This document shows positions 24,516 through 41,317 of a stretch of 64,000 nucleotides of DNA, piece after piece. Every line of letters starts with the position of its first letter. The stretch's first letter is position 1. Source of the stretch: Paramecium tetraurelia (Eukaryota); assembly GCA_000165425.1 (NCBI GenBank), contig CT868016.1, forward strand, positions 1 through 64,000, given 5' to 3'. The position numbers and the translations under genes are program-made. The notes below the pieces were generated by a model. The model saw nothing but the letters and a program-made list of their open reading frames with translations, had not been told where the DNA came from and did not search any database.

Positions 24516-27500
24516 ATGGCATTTTATTATGAATCAGAAGATCTGAATTTAAGAAAGAAATATAATAACTTACAATATGACGAATTGGAAGAGTAAGATA
24601 AATAGAGTGCTGCATATTGCATATCCGAATAATAGATGACGAATAAATAGCATGAAGAATAATTGCAAATGGATTTTGAAATAATAATAAAGGATATTAA
24701 AAATATGTGTGTTTATTTTACATAAAAATTCATTTTGTAAAATGAAAACAATTACTAATTGCAAAAATTTCCATTTATAAAAGTGAAGAATAGAGTGTGT
24801 CATATATTTGAAAAATACCAAGAACAAAATACATTATTGGATTCAATTTTAGAGTAGATTTGTGTTAGTTTGATGGATGTTGTAAAGGTTTATGTGTTAA
24901 AGTATGTTAACAATTTTGGGAAAAGTATTTGTGAAGAGTTTCATAATATTTGCGATACAATTTATATTCTGACAAAAGTGAGAGGAATAAGAACTATCAG
25001 TAGATATTGTCCACACGAAGTATGCAATTTGGAACCAGTTGTTATGTATTTATAACATTGTTCCACAGATCTTAATTAGAATTGGGAAACTAAATATGTT
25101 ATTCTAATGTGGTTAAGTATTATTGTATTAGTTCCATTTGATTTGAATTCAATAGATTCGTAAATCTATAATGCCATATAAGACACATTCACTTCAAGTA
25201 ATACAATCATAACCTCATTGTTAAATTTGGGAGTCAATTATTTAAAATCATCTACAAAGTTAAGAAATATGGGTGCTTTATATTTGTCTAAGTTATTTAG
25301 TCGAACAGATATTTTGAAATGCAATCTATTGGAACAATTTTTATTCTGGAGTGTCAAATAAATTCATGAATTGCAAGATAATATTTTAAATACTTTCTAC
25401 ATAACAGGGATATTGGAAACATTGGTAGAAATCCTAAAGGTTGTCTAAAGAGATGTTTTAAAAGACAACTTGCAAATTTTATTGCCTTTACTCAATTTGA
25501 AATAGCAAGGTACCTTAATTAATCTGTTTCTAACTAAATTAACCTAGAGGATTGGATTGGTATACTTGAGACCAAGAGTAGTTAGTTGGACATATAAAAA
25601 AGGTACAACAAATCTATAATAAACATTAAAAATTATTGATTATTCAAGAATTGTCACCAACTCACAAATATCAAGATAAAATTAATAATTACAATAATAA
25701 TAACTATCGAATATATTACTAGAAGATGTGGATTATTTCATTGATGTTGATTAGGAAGGATTAGAAATTGTTGTAGATACTTTATTATAATAAATAATAA
25801 ATAAGGATACAGTTGTTAGATGGTCAGCTGCTAAAGGTATTGGCAGAATCTGTGCTAGATTGAATTTAGATTAAGCAGATGATATTTTCAATTCATTAAT
25901 CAACACCTGCTTTACACCAATAAATGGTGACACAGCCTGGCATGGAGGTTGCTTAGCATTAGGGGAATTATGTAGAAGAGGATTGATTCTTGAAAACAAA
26001 TTAGAATCCATCATTCCCATAATTTGCAGAGCCTTGATTTTCGAGTAGAACCAAGGAGGCTATAGTGTTGGTGTAAATGTTAGAGATTCAGCCTGTTTCA
26101 TCGCTTGGTCAGCTGCAAGAGCTTATGATCCAGAAATATTAAAAAATCATGTTCTCTCTTTGGCACAACATTTAGTGATTGTTATGATATTTGATCGAGA
26201 AGTAAATGTTCGAAGAGCAGCATCTAGTACTTTTTAAGAATTAGTAGGTAGATGTCCCAATATTATACCACATGGTATAAGTATTCTAACAGAAGCTGAT
26301 TATTTTTCATTAGCTATGATTCATAATGCATATTTAAGAATTGCTCCATTTGTCGCTTCCTATCCTGAATATTATAAATAGATGGTTGATCATTTGGCTT
26401 TCATTAAAATATCAAGTCAAGATAAAGAAGTTAGAAAGTTGGCAGCTAAAAGTTTGGGAAGATTACTTGTTTTGGATCCAACCTACTTTAAGGACAATAT
26501 GATTTATGAAAGTGTTTTAAAAATGATACGATTGCAATCACTGAATTATAAACATGGTGCCTTATTTGCTTTAGGAGATTTACTTATAGCATAATCAGGA
26601 AATATCACTAAGAATTCAGAAGAAAAAGAATTGAAAGATTCAGTTTTCTTAAGAACCTTAACTAAGAATGACAGATAATTAGCAAAAGCTGGAGAACATA
26701 TCACAATTTTCAAATCTTAATATGAGAAATTACTTTAAGTAGACAATATGAATTTGCTTTCACAAAAAATAATAGATAACATTATGCAAACACCTCAACT
26801 ATTAGAGGACTCTTTGAAAGGGAAGAGTGGAGAATAAATTAGAATTGCTGCCTACAGATTAATTGAATGTATCTCTATTTCTAAATTACCACTTTAAATT
26901 GAATAACATGCATACTACTTGAAATTTATAGAAGATGGATTAAAGAATCCTTTGGAAGAAATACAATTATCAGCAGCCAAAGCTTTAAGATTATTAAGTA
27001 ATCAATATCAAACAAAAGATCAATTTTAGATAGATGGTAAAGAATTTTTAAAAAGAGTTATAAAACAATTAAATCAAAAGTCTACTACTGTTCAAGTTCT
27101 TATACAAGGAGGCTATGCTTAAAGTGTTGGATCCTTTTCACCATAAGTACTACATGGCGAAGATTTAAGTATATTGTACACTATTGGTTTATCAAAGAAA
27201 AGAGCAAAATTAACAAGTTGGAGTATTGATCCCGATACTCGAAAATATGCTATAAAGTCTCTTGGATAAGGAATTATAAATTAGTTAAACAATAATTTAA
27301 ATTGTGATGCTCAACTCTTACCTTTTATTGATTGCATTCTTTATGCAATGTTAGATTACACAGTAAATAAAAAAGGAGATGTTGGTTTATTTATTAGAGA
27401 AAATTCAATTATTTCTATTTAATCTATTTTAGCTAGTTATGTAGGTTACATTGAGAGAAATCAAATTAATAATATTATTATAAATGAATAATATATTATT

Positions 27501-28504
27501 AAAATTATTGGATAATTATTATAGCAATTATGCGAAAAGATTGATAGAGTGAGATTATTAGCTGGAAGTGTTTTGTAAGATTTATTTAAATCGGTGTTAC
27601 CTAAATTGTAATAATTTGAAAATTATGAATAAATATCGGCAATATTCTCAACTGCTAACTTATAATAGACTATAATAAAGGATTAAGAAAGAGTTGATCA
27701 AACATTTTAAAGCGAAATTATTGAGGCTGAAATTAAAAATCTAAAAGATGTTCTATAAAACATCGGAAAAACGGATCTAATTTATCATTGGAATCTACCA
27801 CATTGTTGTTATAGACTAATTGTTCCCATTCTTGCATATCCTACATTTTGTAGATACATCCTAACCGGATTATGTATAAGTGTGGGAGGAATTAGTGAAT
27901 CAATCCAAAAATATAGTGAAGAAGCTTTAGTATAATATATCCATATGAATCAAAATCTTGATCTTTTAATGGTTAATTTAATCGAAATCCTAAAATTATA
28001 CGTGCTAGATGAAAGAGTCGTTATACCTTTGTTTAAAACAGCATCACTAGTTTTATAAAAGGAAGAAATATAATCATTACCTATGATTAAATAATACACT
28101 GAAATGCTGTTCTAATTAATATATAAAGAAACTCATAAGACTCAATCAATTAATAAATTAGCTGCAAGCGTATAACTAATAATTGATATTTTATCAATCA
28201 ATATAGGATTGTTTCATCAAATTATTTAACACATTTATGATATATTAACTAGCGAGTATCTTATTAACGTTATTTTTTTAGTTTACCTAAAATAAGAAAA
28301 CAATTAGCCGAAGCATTTTACTTGTACTTGTTATCTCATGATAATGAAGAATTGATATCTATGGACAATAATTGTTTGTTATAAGATTACTTATTAGAAA
28401 CTGATTGGCTATCTGTATTTATTTAATCTTATCATTATTAGGAGGAATTAGATTAAAATATTGACTAGTGTAGAAACCAATTAAAATAATTATTAAATTT
28501 ATGA
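24516..28504 (+). CDS. TBCD: Tubulin-folding cofactor D (HEAT repeats)
   Basis: YQEQNTLLD, KDTVVRWSAAKGIGRI, WHGGCLALGELCRRGLIL, NVRDSACFIAWSAARAY, FDREVNVRRAASSTFQELVGR, DYTVNKKGDVG, EKIDRVR; two short 3' introns (~28256-28281, ~28415-28441). Confidence 0.93.
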
Positions 28505-28986
28505 GTTAAAATATAAATCTAAATATTTTTGAATTAAATAAATGATCATCTCAGAATTGCAATCATTTATATTAAAGAACATTAATATCAAAGTTTAATG
28601 TGATATGATTTACAACAATTCAAAATCGAATTAAATATAACTTATATAGAGCAAAATGGTAACAATTATCAATAGAATATTAAAATATTTTAAAGGCAAG
28701 TGTAATGAGTCTTTAAATAAGAATTAGATTTAAATAAATTCAAAAAAATACTCAAAGTGAATTATTCATTATTGTACTATTTATTAGAATATATATTTAA
28801 TGATTCTAAATAAGAAATTTTAGAAATTTAAAGTTTATATCAAAAATTAATCTAGGAAGAAAATCAAATAAGAAATAGATAAAGTCTATTTGATTAAATA
28901 TAAAAATAGGAAAGAAAAAATTAGAATAGGAAAAAGTTAAAAAAAAAACGAGAATTATTCTTTTTTAATACATATTACAAAGTATC

Positions 28987-30058
28987 TCATTCAAATTTAA
29001 TTGCCTTGTAATCTTTTTCATTTTCTATTCCTATCCATCCATATTATTATATAATTTATTGGATCCCATTTTATAATTAGATATTTTAAATCAATCCCAA
29101 AGGATCGATGTTTTCTCTAGTAATAGGATCCACATAACCATTTTATTTAAATTACTATTGGATACTAATTTTATCATAAGTTAATCCTGAATTGAGAAGT
29201 GTGGGTTCATCCATTATTTCATATGTAATAGGGCATAAAAAGTATTCTGGCAATATTATTTCGGTTTTTTTGTGGATATTCTGCTCTATAAGATTCCAAT
29301 CTAGTTGTTAATGCTATCTATGTGCAATATCCTTTAAAGTTTATTTTAGAGATAGGATATCTATTTAAGAATGATTATAATAAGCGTACTTCTTTTATCA
29401 ATTTCTTATCTTATCAAATAAATCATTCTTTTTCCTTTAGCCAAATTTTGATTAATCAAGACTTTTAATTTATTTTTTTATTCATTTTTATTTTATTTAA
29501 CCTATTCAGAAGCTATAAATATCAAGATTATATTACCTTTTTCAAGTTCTTCAATTCCTAATTATGCTTGCTTTATAAGTGCCTCGGTAATATCAGGGAA
29601 CATTTGGACTTCAATCAAAATTACAGTTCCATAAAGAAAATGTGCTCTTGAGTTACACTTATCTATCTTTATAGCTTATTAAGCATCTTGTTTGGCCTCC
29701 TAGAATCTATTGAGAAGCTTATTTGCCACTGATCGATTTGAGAAGTAGATAGAATCATGATCATAGAGATTCTATTTTAGGTAATACAACTTACAATAGC
29801 TTGTGTGTAGGATTCAATAGCTTTTTTATATTGTTTCATTTATATGTAATGATTACCTTCACTTTTGAACTCTAACGATTTGAGAATATTAGGAGCAAAT
29901 CGACGATTACTTCTATGAGGTAATTCATTTCCCTTTGAAGCAGCCTTTAATATTTTTCTTTATGTAGAATGAGAGGAAATAAGACAATTTTTATGGTGAA
30001 AAGAGTATTCACTAAAAACTCCTGTGATTTGAGGGTGATTAGAAGTTGTGTTTCCCAT
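28987..30058 (-). CDS. CHIP/STUB1-like TPR + U-box E3 ubiquitin ligase
   Basis: TPR KSEGNHYIQMKQYKKAIESYTQAI..IYFSNRSVA; U-box PEYFLCPITYEIMDEPTLLNSGLTYDK..DPY; short introns. Confidence 0.88.
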
Positions 30059-30128
30059 TATTAAATATATAATTTTAATTTCATCAATCAAATTATATTG
30101 ATGTTGCTTAATTTTAAACGATAATTAT

Positions 30129-33100
30129 TCATTTAAGTTAGTATTCAGAAATGCCTAAAAATGCATCTTCAACAAAATGATCTTCACACTTTTCTAAGGC
30201 TTTGAATAATCTAAAAGATTTAAAATGAAATCAAACCTATGAATTGCCATACATCTTAATTTTTCTTGCAAATCCAATATCATTCTTTCTTATTCATTTA
30301 GTTTTGTTTGCTACTCCTTTATTTAACTTAATTCTAATCTACTTGCACTTTAAGTTGATTGCTAATAATTAATAATTTCATTGATTTAATTCAAAACTCC
30401 TTATTCATTAACCTAAATTAATTCTAATTGTAATACTTATGATATTTAATAACAAATGACTTATTATTTCAATTTCAAGTTCTACTCTAGAATTGCAAAT
30501 AATTTCTCTGCTCCTTTTTTTTATGGAGTTGACCAACTTTTTTGTTTCTAATCATCCAATTCAATCATAAATTCAATAAATCTCTACTTGAGGAATCCTT
30601 TAAAGACCCTTGAAATTGCATTAAGCGCCAACTTTTGACCATTCTTTTAGATGATTGAATCGAAGTCTGATTTAAAGAAGGCATCCTTAATTGGAGTCTA
30701 TTGAAGGAAACTAGAATGTGAAGGTTAAAACGAAGTATCATCTGGAATACCTTTACCATAATGTTCTAAATGAGTAAATGCTCTTTGTTTGATTCTATCA
30801 AAAGCTTTACATAAATTATTGAACAGTTTCTTACATTTAATAATTTATTAAGTAGATAATCCAACTGCTTTTTGGTTAAGGCTATTGTCTCTCATTCTCC
30901 AATATGCTACTTGTTTACTAATTCTTGAATTCTTAGCTATAATATCAGCTACCCTCTTAAACCACTTATTCTTAGAAGGTTAACCTTTCCAAACATCCAT
31001 GACATATTTCTTTATGGCCTTTTCAGCAAATCTATTTAATTAAATCATTCTTTAGATTGCTTAGCAAATCTAAATCATATTTCTTTTGACTGCTCTTATC
31101 TTCCATTAAGTGAAATAAACTCTTAATCTCACATAAGCATAATTTTGGAATAATAAAATAGCTTCTTTTTTCAATCTTTCTTCTTTTTAAGTCTTATTTT
31201 CTTATTTATTTGTGTGTATTCTTATGGTATCTCTCCATTCAATGAAAGCAACATTCAACTAATTCATTTTATGTTAATAAAACAATTATATTGCTAACTT
31301 TCTATTTTCTTATACATTCTGTAATTCTTATTGATTCATTTGATTTATTGCATCACGCCATCTTTGTACTGATTATTATTATTATGATTTAGTGGTTCTT
31401 ACCAATAATAATACAACTCTTCTCTTTTTGTTTAATGCCTAAAAATAAAGATCTTATAAGCCATCGAATGATTGTAAGAGTTGTCTTCTAAATAAACCGA
31501 ACAATTTCTTTTCAAATATATATCCTTATTTAGTTTTCTAAGGTTCTGGCAATCTTCTCCACATTTAAAATGAATTATGTAATTAGCCAATTGAGGAATT
31601 TGATATTCCCAATAAAAATTTATTTACTGCCTTTTACCTCTAATTTGAATTACTAAATTTCCTCAAAATCAGTCTTAAATTGTAATTCTTTTTGTTTTAA
31701 ATATAATCTTTAAGTATTTCAATGATAGAAAACTTTTACTTTTATCTATTTTGACTAGCCAATAAATCTAATTTAGCTTGGGTTTATTTCCATTTCTAAT
31801 AAGAATCCTTGAACATATCTTCCCATTCTTTCAATAACCGAACTAGTTCTTCTTGCTTTTTCAATTCTTTAATCTAATCCTCAAAGAAAAAATACATATG
31901 ATTTTATTGAATTTTATTTATTGAACCGAAGAAACTAAAAACTTTACTAGCTCTCTGTTCTGTCCTTTACAATTCACTTACTTTATTCCATTCTAAGAAT
32001 GCTTTTTTTTCTGCACTCATACAATTAAATAACAACTTATTGATTGCAAATTTCTATTTTGCTTATCCATCCTAATATATGTTTTGTAAATATTTAAAAC
32101 TACTCTTTCTTAAAACTTACAACTTAAATGAATTTAATTTTTATTCAAATATTGATGCTTGTTTTAAATTAGATGGATCAGGTAATTGTTTCCATTTCAA
32201 AAATGAGGTTTCAACTTAACCTGCAAATGTATGTAAAAGCTTTAATTATATTTTTTTAATTAAATTTTGTCTACTTCGACCATCATTAAATTTTCTTAAT
32301 ATATCCCTTAATTACCCATTTTGATTATGTTTCAAATTTCTTTAAAGAGCAAACAATAAAAACTTTCTTTTCTCTTAATCCATCAATGAGGCAATCTTAG
32401 CTGATTTAGCTTAATTATTCCATTTAATGAATCCCCATCTTAATAAATTGTTATATTTGGACAACATCTTTTCAAAAACTTTCTCTTAAAGCTGATTGGT
32501 CTTAAAAATGACTTAGACATTACCAGATAATGTCAATGCAAGAGTTTAAAAGAAATTTGTAGTTTACTTACAAGTTTCAATTGATTTCAATAATTTATTT
32601 GTATTTCTCCATTACAAAAATAATCTCTTATTTAATCCCATGCCCAAGATGATTAATTTTCTAATGCAATGCAACTTCTTATTCATAGCTTCTTAATATT
32701 CATCTTTTAATGGATCATATGATAATTTGATTCTGCCTCTATAAAGGTTTTCCAGTATTTTTTCTAATCTTCTTCCCTTTTTTAGATTTTCAAAATTTTA
32801 AATTTCAGGAAGATTTTTCCATTTCTGAAATGCTACGATTGCTCCTCCAAACTTCGTAGAAAATAATTTTGAAAAAAACTTCTATTAAACTGCACTAAGA
32901 ACTGAATTTCTTTTGAATTTAGACAATGCCAATCTCAATTTAGATTTCATATTATTTCTATAAAAAAATCCAATCTATCGAATTAAAAATTCTTTTTTCT
33001 CTCCTTCTATTGCTTATATTCTTTCAAATTTTAAATAATTTGTCCATCTCATAAAAAAATATCTAATGTTATCATAATTACCTCCAATTATTTTCAACAA

Positions 33101-35978
33101 TGCTTTTTCTTTTAATCTTGACTCTTAATTTGGTTGCATGATTTATAAATTAAATTAAATTTAGTCGCCCACAAATTTAAACAATAATATAACACTCTTG
33201 CATCTCTCAACTTCCTAAATCAAAGAAACATTCTTATTCCAATTGCTAAGAGCTTTTTGTTGTTCTGATTCTTATGTTTTTATAAGGAGCAATACTGCTC
33301 TTTTTTTTATTGCAAGAGCATCATCATATATTTCGTATAATGGATTCCAAATCTTTTTCTTAGTTTGGCGAATCAAGAAATGATTGAATTATTATTCAAA
33401 TTTAGTAACTTTGGCTAATTAGGAATAATCAAGTTCAGGAATTTATTTCCATTTATTAAATGATATCCAAACTTAAGAGATTGTATTTCTATGTATTATT
33501 GCTAATGCTTTTCTTCTTAAATTATAAGATTAGGCATTTTAATGGAATCTCTTCAAAATTTCAATTAATGCATAATGCTTAACTTTATACCCAGAATTAA
33601 TCCAATTAACTAATCTTTATTTAATTATTTCATCATTCAATGTAACATTCAATTAAGAAAATTGATCAAACATTTTCATTTCCCATGATCTTCTATGCCA
33701 AGATAGAAAAGCTGTTTTTAAATCACTTTATCCAACAGAAAAGATTTTATTTATGCAATACTTCTTTTTAGCTTACCCCTCCAATAGATCATCCTCCAAG
33801 ATATTCCATGAATTTACTTTAACAAATCTATAAGCAACTCTTCCAAGGGATATCATGAATTTACTTACCTTTACAGTTTTTCCATTTACTCTATCTTCTG
33901 GTAAATATTTCCATTTCTAAAAGCTAGTACTTACTTATCCTATTACAGTCTACATTAATCTAAGATTAATTTTCTTTATTTATTATGCTAACTAAAGGTT
34001 TGAATTGAATAGATTTAATGCTCTTCTTAATCTTTACTTTTTATCATTTTCTAAGAATTTCTTTAAATTTAAAATGAGAAACTTCATCTTTTCATCTCCC
34101 AATCTCTCCAAAATTTACTACTATTTATTCTGACTTTTCCACCTAAAGAAAGCAATTGCTAAATTACTATGTTGAGACGCTAAAATTTTTTAGATACATT
34201 TTTCTTTAATATCGACATCCTTTTTGTTTTAAATGAATGCAAGTAAGTTTGATTGTAATATCATAGCGAGAGAATAGAATAAATTATTCGTCTTTTAACA
34301 TGCAACTACTGATTTATAGACTTTAGCAACATTCTGCCATTATTTTATATACCTCTAAGGAGCACTCATTGTAACAGAAAATAATTATCTTATACAAAAT
34401 CTTTTCTTTTACAAGGCTTCATAATAAAGATATTTTAGAGGATCATATGCTTACTTGTGTTTATTTACTATAAACAATTACAGTTTCATTTGAAATTTAG
34501 AAACCTTTTAGATATTGTTGATATCATCAGGGTTCGGTAATATTTTCCATTTTCTAAATGAATCTATCAATTATCCATTAACAGATAGGAGAATTTTACC
34601 AAAATATTTATTTTTAATCTCCTAAGTTTCTCTATTAATTTGAAATTTTCTTAAGATTTATTTAAGTAGCCCCTTTTCAGTCTTATTGGCTGTTTCTTTT
34701 AATCTTGCTATCAAGTCTTATTTGTTTATATTATTGAGTTTTTCTTCCATTTTCTTTTGAACACAGTAATTTTCTATTTATCTCAAAGCATCTAATTTTT
34801 ACTTTTGTTGCAATTTCAAAATGATTTTGTCGAGGAAAGAACAGATTTGCATCTTTTTGCTAAGATTAAATAATTTGAAGGTTTCTTGTTTGACTAATTA
34901 GTGAGTTACATTTGCACTCTATTACAATGATTTAATTTTCTTAAGATTAGTTTCAGTTAACTTTGCATAGGTATTATAATTTGCCCATTTATAAAATGCT
35001 GTATAAGATTAATTGAATGTAACTTCGATCAATTCTCTTATGACTTTGGTTTTTTTATTTTTTGCCTCATCATGAAGATCTTTGAAAGCATTCCAAACTA
35101 ACCTCTTATTTTAGTCCACTTTATTTCCTAATTTATTAATTAATAATAATCCTTATTTTTTAATGTCGTTTTCTCTTTTATCTGGTAAATCGACCCACCT
35201 TGTGTAGCATCTTTAAAGTCTTCCAAATGTGGTTTTAAGTAAAACAGCAAAGAACTTTTTCTTTAATCTAAAATTTAATAAGTCTCCTCTCCAAATTTCA
35301 AAAGCCTTATTTGATTATGTAATATAATACTTCTTTTAATCTTGATCTATCTAATCTATCATTTCTCATGTTATATTCATCTCCTAATATTTCTAATGCT
35401 TTTAATTGTTTTTCTAATTTATTGGATTTCATTTTAGCAATTAACTTCCACCAATTAAACTTTTCTCTTAAATATCTTTCCCTATACTTTGAACTTATTG
35501 ACCAAATCAATAAGCCAAGCATTTTATTTGAATCTTGTGAGGTTGGTTTAATTGATTCAATTGCCTATCTTTTGAGTTATAATTCTTTTTTTTGAATAAA
35601 TAAGGCCAAATTGATTAAACTCAAATTTTTTTTTTTTCTTGCATTCATTCTGGCTTCCTTAGGTTGTTTTGTGCTATTTACCTTATAGTTTTTAATACCC
35701 TAACAAGAATTTGAGTTTGTGGAAGGCGTTAAATTAATTCAACTTAGAATTTAATAGGATTTTGTCAACAGCTTACTTCACAATTTCAGGGTTAGTTCTT
35801 ACTTACCATCTAAAATAAATAGGAAGTTTGCTTACCTAATAAATGCATCTTGCAAAGTGAGATTTTATTAAGTCTTAATTAATTAGGACACTATTATTCC
35901 TTTCAATTTAGGAGACAATTTCGTTGAAAGTTGATTGCTTATTGATAGTAAAATATCATACTTGGTATCAGAGAGCAT
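30129..35978 (-). CDS. Large (~1,900 aa) Sfi1-like repeat protein, probable centrin-binding scaffold
   Basis: Long helical K/Q/L-rich ORF with recurrent (A/S)FxxW motifs and SFxKWKxLP units; introns near 35810-35835, 35675-35699, 30211-30236. Confidence 0.72.
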
Positions 35979-36081
35979 TGTTAATAAATAAAATAATAAT
36001 AAAATTCGTGATCTGTTAATTAATTTTATTTCTATATAAGCAGATAACAATCCAATATTATGATTATATACAATTATAAAA

Positions 36082-36399
36082 TCATTCATGTGTAAGAATA
36101 AATTTCACAGTTTTTTATCTGATTTCCTATATTTTTTACATCCTGGGATCATATTTTGCAATTTTTCCTTGTTTTGAATTCTCAAGTGTATTCTTAAACG
36201 TTTCTTAAAGTAATAAGGCTTCTTCTTCATTCATGTCATTTAATGTTTCAATATTATTTTTAATGAACTTTTTTTTCAATCTGTCCTTTGCTTATTACTC
36301 CTTTTCTTTTCCTTAGCATTTGGTTATTAAGTGTGCGATGATGAATGCTATTATAACTAACACTATTAGAACAATAAATAATTATTCTTATTATAACAT
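36082..36399 (-). CDS. Small single-pass membrane protein (105 aa), unknown function
   Basis: MLQQEQLFIVLIVLVIIAFIIAHLITKCQGKEKEQQAKDRLKKK...ILTHE*; intronless, 3n. Confidence 0.7.
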
Positions 36400-36421
36400 T
36401 TTTAATTTATTAAATTCATAT

Positions 36422-37765
36422 TCACCATTCTAGAGCATCTAAACTTTTCTCAAAATCCCTGGATCCCTCATAAAATTGAGCATACCATTATCTCCATCTC
36501 AATAGCAATGGATCAGCATCACCCTTTAAATTATAAGAGACCTTATCTGTAAAGATCTTATTATTCCACAAACTGACATCTGCAATCACTTGTCTCAATT
36601 CTCCTCCCAAAATGTAAGCACTGGCCCAATATGGTAGTAACCTTGTGGTGTACAATGTATGAAACACTTTCAAATTGAATCTTTCAACTGGTTGAATAGC
36701 CTATTTATATAAAGCCTCAAAAACATCAGACAATACATACAAGGCCACAGTTGCTGGTCCCATTTAAAATCCAGTTGCCCAAATCACATTAAATTTCCAT
36801 TTATTAAAGATCACCAAATATGCATCCAAACATAAAACATTCATATATTATCGTAAATCTTTATTTGATAAATACTGATCGAATAGATTCTTTTAATATT
36901 TACGAACTTTCTCCTTGCTATGTTCCATTTTCTTATAGAAATCTGGGTCATTCGCAGGCAGACTTTTCATTGTCCACTTGAAACTGACTATCCAAGTTGG
37001 AATATAGTCATTAACTGATGAATGAATATAGTCAAAATGTCTAGCATCAGCACCATTTTCAGGAATTTCTTAAATGTGACAATTTACATAATTCACACTC
37101 TCCCCTCTTAATTAAAGATGATCACTTTATTCTGACACTGGTTCATACCATGGTTTAGCTTCCAAACAATGGAGCCATATATACACCATCCCTCTTAATT
37201 CTTTCACCAGATAAGTTTTTATTTTGATTTCACCTTCTTATACTTTTTGTAAATATTCTCCTTTCTTATTTGGATCCATATTTTCAATATTATTGTAACA
37301 ATATGTTGATACAATTTTTGGATCTAATTTTTCAGAGTTGACACATAATCCAGATTTTCCATCGAATGCCCATCCATGGAATGGACATTCAATACAGGAG
37401 TTAAATTTGACTTATCCTCCAATTCCAAGATTAGCTCCCATGTGTGGACAATAAGCAGCAACAGCATAAACTACTTTATCTGTACCTCTATAATAAGCAA
37501 TATGTCGACCAGCAAATTTGATTTCTTCTACTTAGCTATTAAAAATTAGCTTATTTCATTACCCTATCTTCAGCTCTGCACTTCTACAAAGTCTATACCA
37601 TCCATTTGGATATGAAGGAGGAGGTGTTCCTCGAGCTAATTTATGTCTGATGATATTTGGTTGAGCTTTTTCAGCGATTAGGTAAAATCTGAATTTTCTA
37701 TAATACAAGATATATAAAATAATGAGAATTGCAGGGACTATGATTTCTAATCTGGCCCAATCCAT
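36422..37765 (-). CDS. nvd: Rieske [2Fe-2S] sterol C7-desaturase (Neverland/DAF-36/Des7 family)
   Basis: N-terminal TM; PPSYPNGWY; Rieske CPHMGANLG..CPFHGWAFDG; iron motif EIPENGADARHFDYIH; DVSLWNNK; RWRQWYAQFY. Confidence 0.9.
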
Positions 37766-38007
37766 TTTTAATAAAAATATTATTAACAATTAAGATTTGA
37801 TTAATTAAATTTATACTAAATTATGGATATATATGTGAGAATATTTTTAATAATTAATAATTTTGGGTAATATTAATAAGCTCAAATTAAAAAAGTTGTT
37901 TCTTTGATTAATTCAAATGAAAAACTAAAATTACATGATCAGAAATAAAAAATTAAGAGATAATATATATATTTAAGCATTTTAAATTATTTAAATTATT
38001 TAAAATA

Positions 38008-40518
<2,511 letters not shown>

Positions 40519-40545
40519 AATGGTAATAATAAAATAATAATGTTT

Positions 40546-41075
40546 TCACACTTTCAATATCCATCTTTTCTTATCTTAACTAAGTAATACATTAGGTTAT
40601 TATTGAATATGCGTCACAATCTATTTTTTATATTCTATAAACTTACCTTAGACCAAATAGTATTAGTTAATTGTTTTTCATAAAACTTTTTCAATGATTT
40701 AAGTTAATCATCTATTATAAGAAATTTTTGTTATTCAAGATTACTTAATAGAGATTGTGAGACTATGTTCACAAACACATTCATTTGTTCTTCATCCTAA
40801 ACATTTCCTGATTTCATTATTTTATATCCAATCACTAAGCCAGCGGTTAATCCTAAAATAACTAATCCTATGATTATGATATTAAAGTAGTTCCCAGACT
40901 TGCTTTTAGATTATTAACTGTCAAAATGGTCCTCGTCCAAAATTTTGTTTGATTATATTATTTCACTTTTTGGACCTCTATAGACTACATCATTTGAATT
41001 CGACAAGACTTCTGATTTGGAGTAAGACATAGATTAGGTTTTTGGTTTAGGAGAATTGCTATTTGTTGCTGACAT
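40546..41075 (-). CDS. Single-pass membrane protein (~167 aa), possible MAN1/Src1-type C-terminal winged helix
   Basis: S/K-rich N-terminus, TM YFNIIIIGLVILGLTAGLVIGY, C-terminus IWSKIVTHIQQQPNVLLSQDKKRWILKV*; one 26-nt intron. Confidence 0.72.
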
Positions 41076-41317
41076 TTGCGTGCTATATTTTATAGAAATT
41101 AATTAAAAAATAAAAATTGTGTTGGTGTTATCAATTTTTAGTTTTAACAGATAGGAATTTCGATGTCAACTGACTTCTTTTTCTTCATTTATTCCAAGTG
41201 CCAAAAGAAATTAATTATCAAAAACAATTATTATATTTAAACTGTTTATTTAATTATTTTGTGTATCTTAAAACAATCCTTTTTATTTATTCATTTAACA
41301 ATTCCCAATAATTATTT

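Noticed and set aside
28541..28960. Possible small plus-strand ORF after TBCD (MIISELQSFILKN...)
   Set aside because: AT-rich DNA gives long chance ORFs when TGA is the only stop; no motif or confident gene structure
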